From an uncultured virus (IMG/VR IMGVR_UViG_3300042882_001870) (taxonomy: Duplodnaviria; Heunggongvirae; Uroviricota; Caudoviricetes): 20,000 nt of DNA. Numbering within the stretch: position 1 is the first letter of the stretch; each line of letters begins with the position of its first letter. The notes below the pieces were generated by a model. It had not been told where the DNA came from. It made no database searches and saw only the letters and a program-made list of their open reading frames with translations. The DNA lies in the IMG/VR virus record IMGVR_UViG_3300042882_001870; one strand, 5' to 3'. Shown piece after piece: positions 1 to 8,837 of this stretch. The position numbers were made by a program, and so were the translations under genes.

Positions 1-870
1 GTGCACAAGGTGCTGTCGGTGCTACTGGTCCACAAGGAGTTCAAGGAGCAATCGGCGTAACAGGAGTCCAAGGAGTCCAAGGTCCACAGGGACCACAAGG
101 TGCACAAGGTGCAGTTGGTGCTACTGGAAACGCTGGAATTCAAGGAGCAGTTGGCATATCTGGATTCCAAGGTAGACAAGGAGTCCAAGGAGCGCAAGGA
201 CCACAGGGAGCACAAGGTGCTGTCGGTGCTACTGGACCCCAAGGAGTTCAAGGCGCTGCAAGTTCTATTGCAGGATTTCAAGGCAGACAAGGGTTTCAAG
301 GCGCACAAGGTCCACAGGGCGCACAAGGAGCAGTTGGTATTACTGGTCCTCAAGGAGTTCAAGGAGCAATCGGCGTAACAGGAGTCCAAGGAGTCCAAGG
401 TCCACAGGGACCACAAGGTGCACAAGGTGCAGTTGGTGCTACTGGACCACAAGGAGTTCAAGGTGCTGCAAGTTCTATTGCAGGGTTCCAAGGTCCACAA
501 GGATTTCAAGGAGCGCAAGGACCACAGGGAGCACAAGGTGCTGTCGGTGCTACTGGACCACAAGGAGTTCAAGGCGCTGCAAGTTCTATTGCAGGATTTC
601 AAGGCAGACAAGGAGTCCAAGGTCCACAAGGTCCACAGGGCGCACAAGGAGCAGTTGGCGTTACTGGACCACAAGGAGTTCAAGGTGCTGCAAGTTCTAT
701 TGCAGGATTTCAAGGCAGACAAGGAGTCCAAGGTCCACAGGGACCACAAGGTGCACAAGGTGCAGTTGGCGTTACTGGACCACAAGGAGTTCAAGGAGCA
801 GTTGGAATAGCAGGATTCCAAGGTAGACAAGGAGTCCAAGGTCCACAAGGTCCGCAGGGCGTTCAAGGGA
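1..870 (+). repeat. Coding Gly-X-Y tandem repeat array (fibre 1)
   Basis: 9-bp-period repeats with larger duplicated blocks, e.g. an exact 96-bp copy at 33-128 and 351-446. GAASSIA interruptions start at nt 252, 462, 573 and 684. Confidence 0.95.
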
Positions 871-1313
871 TATCTAATGTTTTGCAAACATCAGTAACTG
901 CGTTAGGAGTTGGAACCCCAGCAGGACCAACAGGAGAAATAAGAGCAACCGGAAACATAACTTCGTATTATTCTGACATAAGGTTAAAAGATAATATAGA
1001 ATCTATAAAAAATGCTAGTGAAAAATTATATCAATTAAATGGAATTTTTTATAAACAAAATAAGTTTGCAGAAACCTTTGGATATAAAGATTATAGCAAA
1101 CAAATAGGAGTTATAGCACAAGAAGTTCAAAAAATTATACCAGAAGCTGTTGCATTAGCACCATTTGATATTGATGAAAATCACAATAGCATCACAGGTT
1201 TAAATTTATTAACGGTTAATTATGAAAAATTAATTCCATTAATAATAGAAACTATAAAAGAACAACAAAAAGAAATAGATTTATTAATAAAAGAAATAAA
1301 ATATGGCAGCTAA
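1..1313 (+). CDS. Collagen-like fibre protein 1 with C-terminal S74 intramolecular chaperone domain (5' truncated by window)
   Basis: The frame starting at nt 3 is open through Gly-X-Y repeats ([15 protein letters not shown]...) and is continuous with track ORF 882..1313, whose TTG start is an internal codon. The C-terminus has [19 protein letters not shown]...[16 protein letters not shown]...[22 protein letters not shown], typical of the peptidase S74 chaperone plus coiled coil. Confidence 0.9.
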   Translation, partial: AQGAVGATGPQGVQGAIGVTGVQGVQGPQGPQGAQGAVGATGNAGIQGAVGISGFQGRQGVQGAQGPQGAQGAVGATGPQGVQGAASSIAGFQGRQGFQGAQGPQGAQGAVGITGPQGVQGAIGVTGVQGVQGPQGPQGAQGAVGATGPQGVQGAASSIAGFQGPQGFQGAQGPQGAQGAVGATGPQGVQGAASSIAGFQGRQGVQGPQGPQGAQGAVGVTGPQGVQGAASSIAGFQGRQGVQGPQGPQGAQGAVGVTGPQGVQGAVGIAGFQGRQGVQGPQGPQGVQGISNVLQTSVTALGVGTPAGPTGEIRATGNITSYYSDIRLKDNIESIKNASEKLYQLNGIFYKQNKFAETFGYKDYSKQIGVIAQEVQKIIPEAVALAPFDIDENHNSITGLNLLTVNYEKLIPLIIETIKEQQKEIDLLIKEIKYGS

Positions 1314-2985
1314 TAATAATTTCGTTGTAAAAAATGGCATATCTATAAATCTAAATGAAATAATTTCATCAGAAGGCATTTGGACTGGTCCCGCTTCAAG
1401 CTATTCCGGATCACAAGGACCACAAGGAGCACAAGGACCACAAGGCGCTCAGGGTGCTGTGGGTGCTGCTGGTCCACAAGGAGTTCAAGGAGTAGCAGGA
1501 TTCCAAGGTCCACAAGGATTTCAAGGAGCGCAAGGTCCACAAGGTCCACAAGGCGCTCAAGGGGCAGTTGGTGCTACTGGTCCACAAGGCATACAAGGGG
1601 TGGCAGGGTTCCAAGGTCCACAAGGATTCCAAGGCGCTCAAGGTCCACAAGGTCCACAAGGCGCTCAAGGCGCAGTTGGTGCTATTGGACCACAGGGCAT
1701 TCAAGGGGTAGCAGGATTTCAAGGTCCACAAGGATTTCAAGGCGCTCAAGGCGCTCAGGGTGCTGTCGGTGCTACTGGTCCTCAAGGAGTACAAGGTGCT
1801 GCAAGTTCGATTGCGGGGTTCCAAGGTCCACAAGGATTCCAAGGCGCTCAAGGTCAACAAGGACCACAAGGCGCTCAAGGCGCAGTTGGTGCTATTGGAC
1901 CACAGGGCATTCAAGGGGTAGCAGGATTTCAAGGTCCACAAGGATTTCAAGGAGCGCAAGGTCCACAAGGTCCACAAGGCGCTCAAGGGGCAGTTGGCGT
2001 TACCGGACCACAAGGAGTTCAAGGGGTGGCAGGGTTCCAAGGTCCACAAGGATTTCAAGGTGCTCAAGGCGCTCAGGGTGCTGTCGGTGCTACTGGTCCT
2101 CAAGGAGTACAAGGTGCTGCAAGTTCGATTGCGGGGTTCCAAGGTAGACAAGGATTTCAAGGCGCTCAAGGTCCACAAGGACCACAAGGCGCTCAAGGCG
2201 CTGTAGGTGCTACTGGTCCTCAAGGAGTTGCTGGAATAGCAGGATTCCAAGGTAGACAAGGATTCCAAGGCGCTCAAGGTCCACAGGGCGCTCAAGGAGC
2301 ACAAGGCGCTGTAGGTGCTACTGGTCCTCAAGGAGTTGCTGGAATAGCAGGATTCCAAGGTAGGCAAGGATTCCAAGGCGCTCAAGGTCCACAGGGAGCA
2401 CAGGGGGCAGTTGGTGTTACTGGACCGCAAGGAGTTCAAGGAGCGGCTAGTTCAATTGCAGGATTTCAAGGCAGACAAGGAGTTCAAGGTCCACAGGGTC
2501 CACAGGGAGCACAGGGGGCAGTTGGTGCTACTGGTCCTCAAGGAGTACAAGGAGCGGCTAGCAATGTGGTAACTGAAGTTACAGCACTAGGAGTTAATAC
2601 TATAGCAGGAACAACAGGAGAAATAAGAGCAACTGGACAAATTACTGCATATTATTCTGATAAAAGATTAAAACAAGTTTTAGGAAATGTTGACAATTGT
2701 TTAGAAAAGATAAGTAAAATACATGGTGTATATTACGAACAAAACGAATTAGCTAATTCATTTGGATATAAAGACTCTTCAAGACAAATAGGATTTATAG
2801 CACAAGAAATACAAGAAGTGCTACCAGAAGCAGTAAAAATTGCCCCTTTTGATTCTAATAAATATGGACATAGTATTTCTGGAGAAAAATATTTAACCGT
2901 ACTATACTCAAAAATAGTACCGTTATTAATAGAAGCATTAAAAGAACAGAAAATACAGATAGATGAACTAAAAACAAAAAATTGA
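1303..2985 (+). CDS. Collagen-like fibre protein 2 with C-terminal S74 intramolecular chaperone domain
   Basis: 560 aa. Short N-terminal peptide [16 protein letters not shown], about 384 aa of Gly-X-Y (nt 1408-2559), then YY-SDKRLK...[16 protein letters not shown]...[15 protein letters not shown]. Its start overlaps the end of the upstream gene. Confidence 0.92.
   Translation: MAANNNFVVKNGISINLNEIISSEGIWTGPASSYSGSQGPQGAQGPQGAQGAVGAAGPQGVQGVAGFQGPQGFQGAQGPQGPQGAQGAVGATGPQGIQGVAGFQGPQGFQGAQGPQGPQGAQGAVGAIGPQGIQGVAGFQGPQGFQGAQGAQGAVGATGPQGVQGAASSIAGFQGPQGFQGAQGQQGPQGAQGAVGAIGPQGIQGVAGFQGPQGFQGAQGPQGPQGAQGAVGVTGPQGVQGVAGFQGPQGFQGAQGAQGAVGATGPQGVQGAASSIAGFQGRQGFQGAQGPQGPQGAQGAVGATGPQGVAGIAGFQGRQGFQGAQGPQGAQGAQGAVGATGPQGVAGIAGFQGRQGFQGAQGPQGAQGAVGVTGPQGVQGAASSIAGFQGRQGVQGPQGPQGAQGAVGATGPQGVQGAASNVVTEVTALGVNTIAGTTGEIRATGQITAYYSDKRLKQVLGNVDNCLEKISKIHGVYYEQNELANSFGYKDSSRQIGFIAQEIQEVLPEAVKIAPFDSNKYGHSISGEKYLTVLYSKIVPLLIEALKEQKIQIDELKTKN
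1408..2559 (+). repeat. Coding Gly-X-Y tandem repeat array (fibre 2)
   Basis: Higher-order unit of about 12 triplets ([36 protein letters not shown]) repeated with variants, plus three GAASSIA interruptions. Confidence 0.95.
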
Positions 2986-2993
2986 GGAATATT

Positions 2994-3566
2994 ATGAAAG
3001 GTGAATGGTGTTATTTTAAATCATATTTTGATAAAGATACTTGCGAAAAAATAATCAGAGATGTTCAATCCATTCCATCACAAGATGCTCTTGTTGGTAA
3101 TATCGATGCTTTCGCTGATTATAAAAATAGAAGAAGTAAAATAAAATTTATTCATAGTTCAAATTGGAGATTTGCGTATATATTTGATGCATTATGGAAA
3201 GCAGCAATAAGTGCAAATAATGATTTTTTTGACATACACATTACTAGATTAAATTTCATTCAATTCGCAGAATATAGTCACGAAGACCAAGGAGAATATA
3301 AAAACCATCACGACGTTTTTTGGTTAAACAATGATCCCGTTTATCATAGAAAACTTTCTTGTGTAATCCAACTATCAGACTCTACTGAATATGAAGGTGG
3401 AGATTTTGAGTTAGTAGATGTATCAACATATCCTGATGCTTCTGAGATTAGGCAACAAGGATCGACTATATTTTTTCCTTCATTTTTTACACATAGAGCA
3501 AATCCAGTAATAAGAGGAACTAGATATAGTATTGCTGCATGGTTTGAAGGTCCGAAATGGAGATAA
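2994..3566 (+). CDS. 2OG-Fe(II) oxygenase (prolyl-hydroxylase-like fold)
   Basis: HxD (HHD), RKLSCVIQLS, YEGGDFE, distal His (THRANPV) and 2OG-binding GTRYS. ATG 2994 after GAGG is preferred over the track's TTG at 2982. Confidence 0.88.
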   Translation: MKGEWCYFKSYFDKDTCEKIIRDVQSIPSQDALVGNIDAFADYKNRRSKIKFIHSSNWRFAYIFDALWKAAISANNDFFDIHITRLNFIQFAEYSHEDQGEYKNHHDVFWLNNDPVYHRKLSCVIQLSDSTEYEGGDFELVDVSTYPDASEIRQQGSTIFFPSFFTHRANPVIRGTRYSIAAWFEGPKWR

Positions 3567-3567
3567 T

Positions 3568-4290
3568 ATGCACCCAACCATACATTATAATGAACCGTTT
3601 GATTACTACATTATAGATGATTTTTTAGAACCATCTATCGCAAAAAAGATATCAGAAGAATTTATCCCATTTGAATCCACACATTGGTTCGATTATAATA
3701 ATCCATTAGAAATAAAAAAAACTTTAAACAATTGGTATCATTTTCCAGAAACCACTTATAAGTTTTTTTCTTATCTAAATTCAAAAGAATTCGTAGAAAT
3801 AATTCAAAATATAACAAAAACAAATAATCTATATACTGATATCGGATTACATGGTGCTGGCTGGCACATTCATGGTAACGGTGGGAAATTGAATGTACAT
3901 CTAGATTATTCAATTCACCCAAAATTAAAATTACAAAGAAAATATAATTTTATAATATATCTATCACAGGAATGGAATCCAAAATGGGGAGGTAATTTAG
4001 AATTTTGGTCACACGATTTTCTAAACAAAAAACCAAAAGAAAAAATTGCCCAAGTGGATTGTATATTCAATAGAGCAGTAATTTTTGACACTACCAAAAA
4101 TTCTTGGCATGGGTTTAACGATCCCATAACTTGCCCAAATAATACATATAGAAAAAGTATTGCTTGTTATTACCTAACTGACCCAGAAGAAATCACAGAG
4201 GAACGATACAGAGCATTATATTCAGCATCAAAATCTCAAGAGAATGATAGAAACATTGAACAATTGATTAAAAATAGAAGTAAACTATGA
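3568..4290 (+). CDS. 2OG-Fe(II) oxygenase
   Basis: IIDDFL, LNVHLD (HxD), IIYLS..W..WGGNLE, FNRAVIF, SWHG, YRKS. ATG 3568 follows GGAG and lies just after the upstream stop. Confidence 0.88.
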   Translation: MHPTIHYNEPFDYYIIDDFLEPSIAKKISEEFIPFESTHWFDYNNPLEIKKTLNNWYHFPETTYKFFSYLNSKEFVEIIQNITKTNNLYTDIGLHGAGWHIHGNGGKLNVHLDYSIHPKLKLQRKYNFIIYLSQEWNPKWGGNLEFWSHDFLNKKPKEKIAQVDCIFNRAVIFDTTKNSWHGFNDPITCPNNTYRKSIACYYLTDPEEITEERYRALYSASKSQENDRNIEQLIKNRSKL

Positions 4291-6005
4291 ATAAAAAATG
4301 TAAAATTGTTATGATTACCATGTTTAAGAATGAAGCAAGATCCATAGAAAGAATGCTAAATTCTTGTTTACCTTTTGTAGATTACTATGTTCTTCAGAAC
4401 AACGGATCGACAGACGGTTCCGATCAAATAGTAAAAGATTTCTTGATTAATAACGAGTTATCCGGAACTTTATATGATGTAGAAGAAGGTTGGGTTGGAT
4501 TTGGATGGAATAGAGATCATTTAATTCAAACATGTCAAGATATTGATCATGGATGTGATTGGATTTTAAAGATGGATTGCGACGAAGTTTTGGAGATTGA
4601 TGAAGATTTTGACTGGGATTTAATATCAGATACTTCTATCCAAGCGTTCCACATTCCAGCGGTAAGTGGGAGTTGTGTATATTACAGAGCATGGATGTGG
4701 AATGCAAAACTTCCTTGGAGATTTAATCATGATACTTGTCATGAAACAATTTACTGCGAAATTCCAGAAATTGATAAAAATTTTATATGTAAGGATTTAC
4801 CTAAATCATTTAGACAAGTTGGATATAATGAAGGGCAAAGTTGGTCGGTTCCAACAAAATTTATAACAGATTCTCTAATATTAGAAGAAAAAATGATTAG
4901 AGAAAACACTATTCATAGTGATATATATCATTTTTGGTATATTGGAAAAAGTTATGCTGACGCATACCCTTCAACCGCATTTCCTCTTGGAAACAATCAA
5001 CAAAAAGAGTATGCTAGAAGGTGCATCTATTATTTTACAGAATATTTAAATTTGATGCACGATTTTGATAAGACCAAAAAAGCAAAGTTTGTAGACGAAA
5101 CTTCTTACATGTCACTAATTTTAATGGCAGAGGCATATATATTCTTAAATAAAGAAGACAACGCAATAGAGTGTTATATTCTTGCAGAATCTTTTGCTCC
5201 AAAAAGAAATGATCATCTTTTTGGATTAGCAAGAATTTATAAACGTTTGAAGCAATATGAAGAAATGTTACAAATCACTTCTGTAATGATTAACCCAGAA
5301 AGAAAAAACCCTTTCCCAGAATATTGTAATTTTATAGATTCTTCTTTATATATCAATGAAGAAAATAATGTCGTAGAAGAACTTCATAATTTTGCATTAT
5401 CACATAATACAAAAGAACAACATATTCCATTACCATTTTATATAAATTTAAATAAAGATAAAAATTTATTTGTAGTTGATAATTTTTATACCAATCCAGA
5501 TGATGTCAGAGATTTTGCATTAAATTTTGTTGAATATAAAGAAGATTTAAATTGGTATAAAGGGTTAAGATCTACAGTAACATATAGACCAGATGGTATA
5601 AAAGAAGCATTTGAAGAAATAATAGGAAAAAAGATTTATAATTTCGAAGAACACGGATTTAATGGAGTTTTTCAGATAACAAGCGCAAAAGATCCCCAAG
5701 TATATCATTATGATGCACAAAAATGGGCAGCAATGATATATTTAACCCCAAATTCTCCGCTAGAAAGCGGAACAAGAACCCATAGATCCAAATTAAACGG
5801 AACAAAACACGCATCAGAACCAAACGTTGATTTTGCATTTAATGGCAATTTCTATGACAGCACTAAATTTGAAATTATTGATAATGTGGGGAATATATAC
5901 AATAGATTAGTAATAATGGATGCCCAGAATATACATTCTGCGGGTCCATATTTTGGCTCTGCTATTCATGATAGTAGATTAACTCATTTATTTTTCTTCG
6001 ATTAA
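4287..6005 (+). CDS. Fusion: family-2 glycosyltransferase + TPR-like helices + C-terminal 2OG-Fe(II) oxygenase-like domain
   Basis: N-terminal GT-A motifs (KNEARSIERML, NNGSTDGS, WILKMDCDE = DxD). TPR-like middle (FWYIGKSYADA; AIECYILAESFAPKRNDHLFGLARIY). C-terminal VVDNFY, YHYD, IYLTP, YNRLVI, IHSA, SRLT. ATGA overlap with the previous gene. Confidence 0.82.
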   Translation: MNKKCKIVMITMFKNEARSIERMLNSCLPFVDYYVLQNNGSTDGSDQIVKDFLINNELSGTLYDVEEGWVGFGWNRDHLIQTCQDIDHGCDWILKMDCDEVLEIDEDFDWDLISDTSIQAFHIPAVSGSCVYYRAWMWNAKLPWRFNHDTCHETIYCEIPEIDKNFICKDLPKSFRQVGYNEGQSWSVPTKFITDSLILEEKMIRENTIHSDIYHFWYIGKSYADAYPSTAFPLGNNQQKEYARRCIYYFTEYLNLMHDFDKTKKAKFVDETSYMSLILMAEAYIFLNKEDNAIECYILAESFAPKRNDHLFGLARIYKRLKQYEEMLQITSVMINPERKNPFPEYCNFIDSSLYINEENNVVEELHNFALSHNTKEQHIPLPFYINLNKDKNLFVVDNFYTNPDDVRDFALNFVEYKEDLNWYKGLRSTVTYRPDGIKEAFEEIIGKKIYNFEEHGFNGVFQITSAKDPQVYHYDAQKWAAMIYLTPNSPLESGTRTHRSKLNGTKHASEPNVDFAFNGNFYDSTKFEIIDNVGNIYNRLVIMDAQNIHSAGPYFGSAIHDSRLTHLFFFD

Positions 6006-6007
6006 TT

Positions 6008-7264
6008 ATGAAATTTAGCATTATAACCCCAGAACATAATAAAAATAATCCGTATTTGATGGAATTGTTCGAATCCATAGAAAACCAAACTTATGAAAAT
6101 TGGGAATGGGTAATATTATTAAATAATGGTTGCGAATTCGAAGACCTTCCAGAACAAATTTTATACCATGATAAAGTAAATGTATACAAACTAGAAGAAA
6201 CCAATTCAAATATTGGATTTATAAAAAATAAAGCATTTCATCTTGGGTCCGGAGATGTTTTAGTAGAAGTTGATCATGATGATATATTAATAGAAAATTG
6301 TTTAGAAAAATTATACGAAGTATATCAAGATGAAAACATGGGATTCGTATATAGCGATAATGCCGTCTTACATATGACCGATGAATTTTCCCCATATGAC
6401 GCAAATCAAGGGTGGGAATATTCTATTTATAATTGGAAAGGTCGAGATTTAATTTCTATGAAAAGTTTCGAACCATCTTCTCAAAGTTTAGGTTATATTT
6501 GGTATGCTCCAGATCATGTCAGATCTTGGAGGTCTAATGTCTATAAAGAAATTGGAGGACACAATCCAGAATTATCAGTATGCGATGATCATGAATTATG
6601 TATTAGAACATATCTACACACTAAAATGAAAAGAATTCCGGAAGTTCTTTATATCTATAGAATTACCGGGGAAAATACTTGGTTGGAAAGAAATCAAGAA
6701 ATACAACAAAAAACAATAGAATTATTCAATAATTATATTCAACTTTTAGCAGAAAAAGATTGCGAAGAAAAAGGATTATTGAAAATTGATTTGGGAGGGG
6801 GTTTAAATCCGTATAAAGATTATAAAACCGTTGATATCACAGAATCTGCGGATTTTCAATACGATTTAAATGAAGGGATACCGTTACCAGATAATAGCGT
6901 AGGAGTTATCAATGCCAGTCATATATTAGAACATTTAAAAGATCCTATCAAATCTATGAGCGAAATTCATAGGGTGTTATGTCATGGTGGATGGGCTTTT
7001 ATAGAAATTCCAAGCACGGATGGAAGAGGAGCATTCCAAGACCCCACACATGTAAGTTTCTGGAACGAAAATAGTTTTTTATATTATACCGATAAATATC
7101 TTGCTAATTTTATAAATAATAAATATATAAGATTTCAAGAATATTATAAACAAACATATTTTCCAAATGAATGGTTACAACAAATAAATGTTTGTGTTAC
7201 TTCCGCATATTTAACAGTTATTAAAGACGATTCTATCCGATACCCCGGATTTTTAAAAATATAA
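6008..7264 (+). CDS. Fusion: family-2 glycosyltransferase + SAM-dependent methyltransferase-like domain
   Basis: FSIITPEHN, ESIENQTYENWEWVIL, EVDHDD (DxD), CDDHEL. C-terminal KIDLGGG (SAM motif I-like), ASHILEHL, EIHRVLCHGG, DPTH. Confidence 0.82.
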   Translation: MKFSIITPEHNKNNPYLMELFESIENQTYENWEWVILLNNGCEFEDLPEQILYHDKVNVYKLEETNSNIGFIKNKAFHLGSGDVLVEVDHDDILIENCLEKLYEVYQDENMGFVYSDNAVLHMTDEFSPYDANQGWEYSIYNWKGRDLISMKSFEPSSQSLGYIWYAPDHVRSWRSNVYKEIGGHNPELSVCDDHELCIRTYLHTKMKRIPEVLYIYRITGENTWLERNQEIQQKTIELFNNYIQLLAEKDCEEKGLLKIDLGGGLNPYKDYKTVDITESADFQYDLNEGIPLPDNSVGVINASHILEHLKDPIKSMSEIHRVLCHGGWAFIEIPSTDGRGAFQDPTHVSFWNENSFLYYTDKYLANFINNKYIRFQEYYKQTYFPNEWLQQINVCVTSAYLTVIKDDSIRYPGFLKI

Positions 7265-7267
7265 ATA
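7260..7267 (+). promoter_or_regulatory. T4-type late promoter TATAAATA
   Basis: Exact consensus, contains the TAA stop of the upstream gene and lies about 30 nt before ATG 7296. Confidence 0.7.
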
Positions 7268-7295
7268 CTAATATAAACAACTTATAGGTATCAAT

Positions 7296-7745
7296 ATGCC
7301 AAAATACAATCAATCAAACGTTTCAGGAGAATTGTGGAGAAGATCTCCTCAAATAATTTGTTATAATAATTATAATCAAAATCCAGTAATACTTTTTGAT
7401 GAAGAAGATATAATAGTATTGAATAATGGAGAATTTGCATCCAATAGAATCCAGTCAAAATTACATCAAGAATTTAATTCTGATAACGCTAATACTGCAT
7501 TTGAGTTGAGAAACCCGGAAACAGAAGAATATATAGGAACATTTGCAACATACAAAGATTTATACGTATTAATGTATTCTTTATATTTTCATTTGGCAAA
7601 GGAGAGAGACAAAGGACCACAACCATATCCAAGTTGGATATGGAACGACCAAACTAATTCGTGGGATGCTCCTATCCCAAAACCGGAAGATGGACAAGAA
7701 TATTATTGGGATGAAAGTTCTCAAGAATGGGTTATCGTTGCATAA
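7296..7745 (+). CDS. Hypothetical phage protein with Trp/Pro-rich C-terminus, probably fibre-associated
   Basis: 149-aa ORF behind a late promoter. C-terminal PQPYPSWIWNDQTNSWDAPIPKPEDGQEYYWDESSQEW. Function inferred only from context. Confidence 0.65.
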   Translation: MPKYNQSNVSGELWRRSPQIICYNNYNQNPVILFDEEDIIVLNNGEFASNRIQSKLHQEFNSDNANTAFELRNPETEEYIGTFATYKDLYVLMYSLYFHLAKERDKGPQPYPSWIWNDQTNSWDAPIPKPEDGQEYYWDESSQEWVIVA

Positions 7746-7757
7746 GGAGAACTCATC

Positions 7758-8711
7758 ATGACAATGGTAGCGAGTGGATATATTGAATTAGGTCCAAACG
7801 CAGCAGCAGCTACACCAAACACCTCAATTGGAACAGAGTTAAAAAGAACTGCATATGCGTCAACAAACTTAACAGAAACAGATTGTAGATATTTAGGTGG
7901 AATCAACACAGGACAAATAGGGTTTTCTAATTTTTATTCAAAATATGTGATACAAGGACAAACTTTTGCAACTAGCACCAGTGGAAATTGGACAGTGCCA
8001 ACAGGAGTTTATTATGTCAGCATATTATGTATTGGCGCTGGCGGCGGAGGTGCAGCGCTTTCTGGAAGCACCACTTATTCTGGAGGCGGAGGTGCATTAT
8101 CATATACAAATAACATACCAGTAACACCAGGAGAAGTTTTATCATATGTTGCAGCACCTATAACCGCAAGACAAGCGCAAGGAGGAACGTCTTCTGTTTC
8201 TAGGGGGGCAACTGTTCTTGTAAGTGCTGCTGGAGGAAGCCAATATGCAACAGGAGGTCAAGCTTCTGCTGGAGTTGGATCTGTTAAATATTCTGGAGGA
8301 AATGGGAATTCTTATACAGGTATAGGATCTGCTGGCGGTGGAGGTGCAGCCGGATATTCTGGAGTTGGAGGAACCGGAGGAAACCCATCCACACAAGCGG
8401 GAACTGCTGGATCTGGAGGAGGTGGCGGAGGTGGCGGAGGGTCGTCTTCATTCAGTACTGGTGGAGGCGGAGGAGGAGTAGGGAATATCGGAGAAGGACC
8501 AAGTGGTGCTGCTAGTGGGACAAACGGAGGAGCAGGAAAGGGCGGTTCCTATGGAACAGATGGAGTTGGTGGATTTCTTTTAGGTGGTGCTGGTGGAGGA
8601 TATGGTGGAGGCGGTGGAAGTGATACAACAGGAACCGGTGGTGCTGGTCTGGTAAGGTTTATGTGGGGAGTAAACAGATATTACCCATCAACAAATACTG
8701 GAGTATTATAA
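7758..8711 (+). CDS. Glycine-rich virion protein, gp38-adhesin-like / polyglycine domain
   Basis: Strong SD (AAGGAGA). N-terminal ASGYIELG...SIGTEL...IGFSNFYSK, then WTVPTGVYYVSILCIGAGGGG and many GGGG runs ending in GGAGLVRFMW. Confidence 0.72.
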   Translation: MTMVASGYIELGPNAAAATPNTSIGTELKRTAYASTNLTETDCRYLGGINTGQIGFSNFYSKYVIQGQTFATSTSGNWTVPTGVYYVSILCIGAGGGGAALSGSTTYSGGGGALSYTNNIPVTPGEVLSYVAAPITARQAQGGTSSVSRGATVLVSAAGGSQYATGGQASAGVGSVKYSGGNGNSYTGIGSAGGGGAAGYSGVGGTGGNPSTQAGTAGSGGGGGGGGGSSSFSTGGGGGGVGNIGEGPSGAASGTNGGAGKGGSYGTDGVGGFLLGGAGGGYGGGGGSDTTGTGGAGLVRFMWGVNRYYPSTNTGVL

Positions 8712-8714
8712 ATA
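8707..8714 (+). promoter_or_regulatory. T4-type late promoter TATAAATA
   Basis: Exact consensus overlapping the TAA stop at 8709-8711. Confidence 0.55.
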
Positions 8715-8837
8715 TTAATTAAAAAGAAGAATCTCCAAAATATTTACTACAACCTTTTATAAACAATTCTGCTGGTTTAATAGAACTATTAGAATCAGAC
8801 CCCCCTAATAAATTAATAGAATAACTTCTAAATTTCC

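Noticed and set aside
100..2439. Alternative-frame and antisense ORFs over the collagen arrays (100..378, 418..810, 1380..2147, 1411..2439 minus, 1994..2206, 1343..1549 minus)
   Set aside because: Shadows of the stop-poor Gly-X-Gln repeat. The Gly-X-Y frame is the one continuous with the S74 domains.
1..2559. Repeat arrays as possible CRISPR or non-coding repeats
   Set aside because: 9-bp codon periodicity with synonymous third-position variation and no unique spacers.
7111..7118. TATAAATA inside the GT2-methyltransferase gene
   Set aside because: Intragenic in very AT-rich sequence, and a better-placed copy lies at 7260; may be chance.
2994..7264. DNA hypermodification (TET/JBP-like oxygenase plus glucosyltransferase) interpretation
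   Set aside because: Not favoured: the genes are embedded in a late structural operon, the oxygenases look prolyl-hydroxylase-like, and no nucleotide-metabolism genes are adjacent. It cannot be fully excluded without a search.
1..8711. Higher GC in 1-870, 1408-2559 and about 8030-8670 as a sign of foreign DNA
   Set aside because: Explained by Gly/Ala/Pro codons; third positions remain mostly A/T like the rest of the window.
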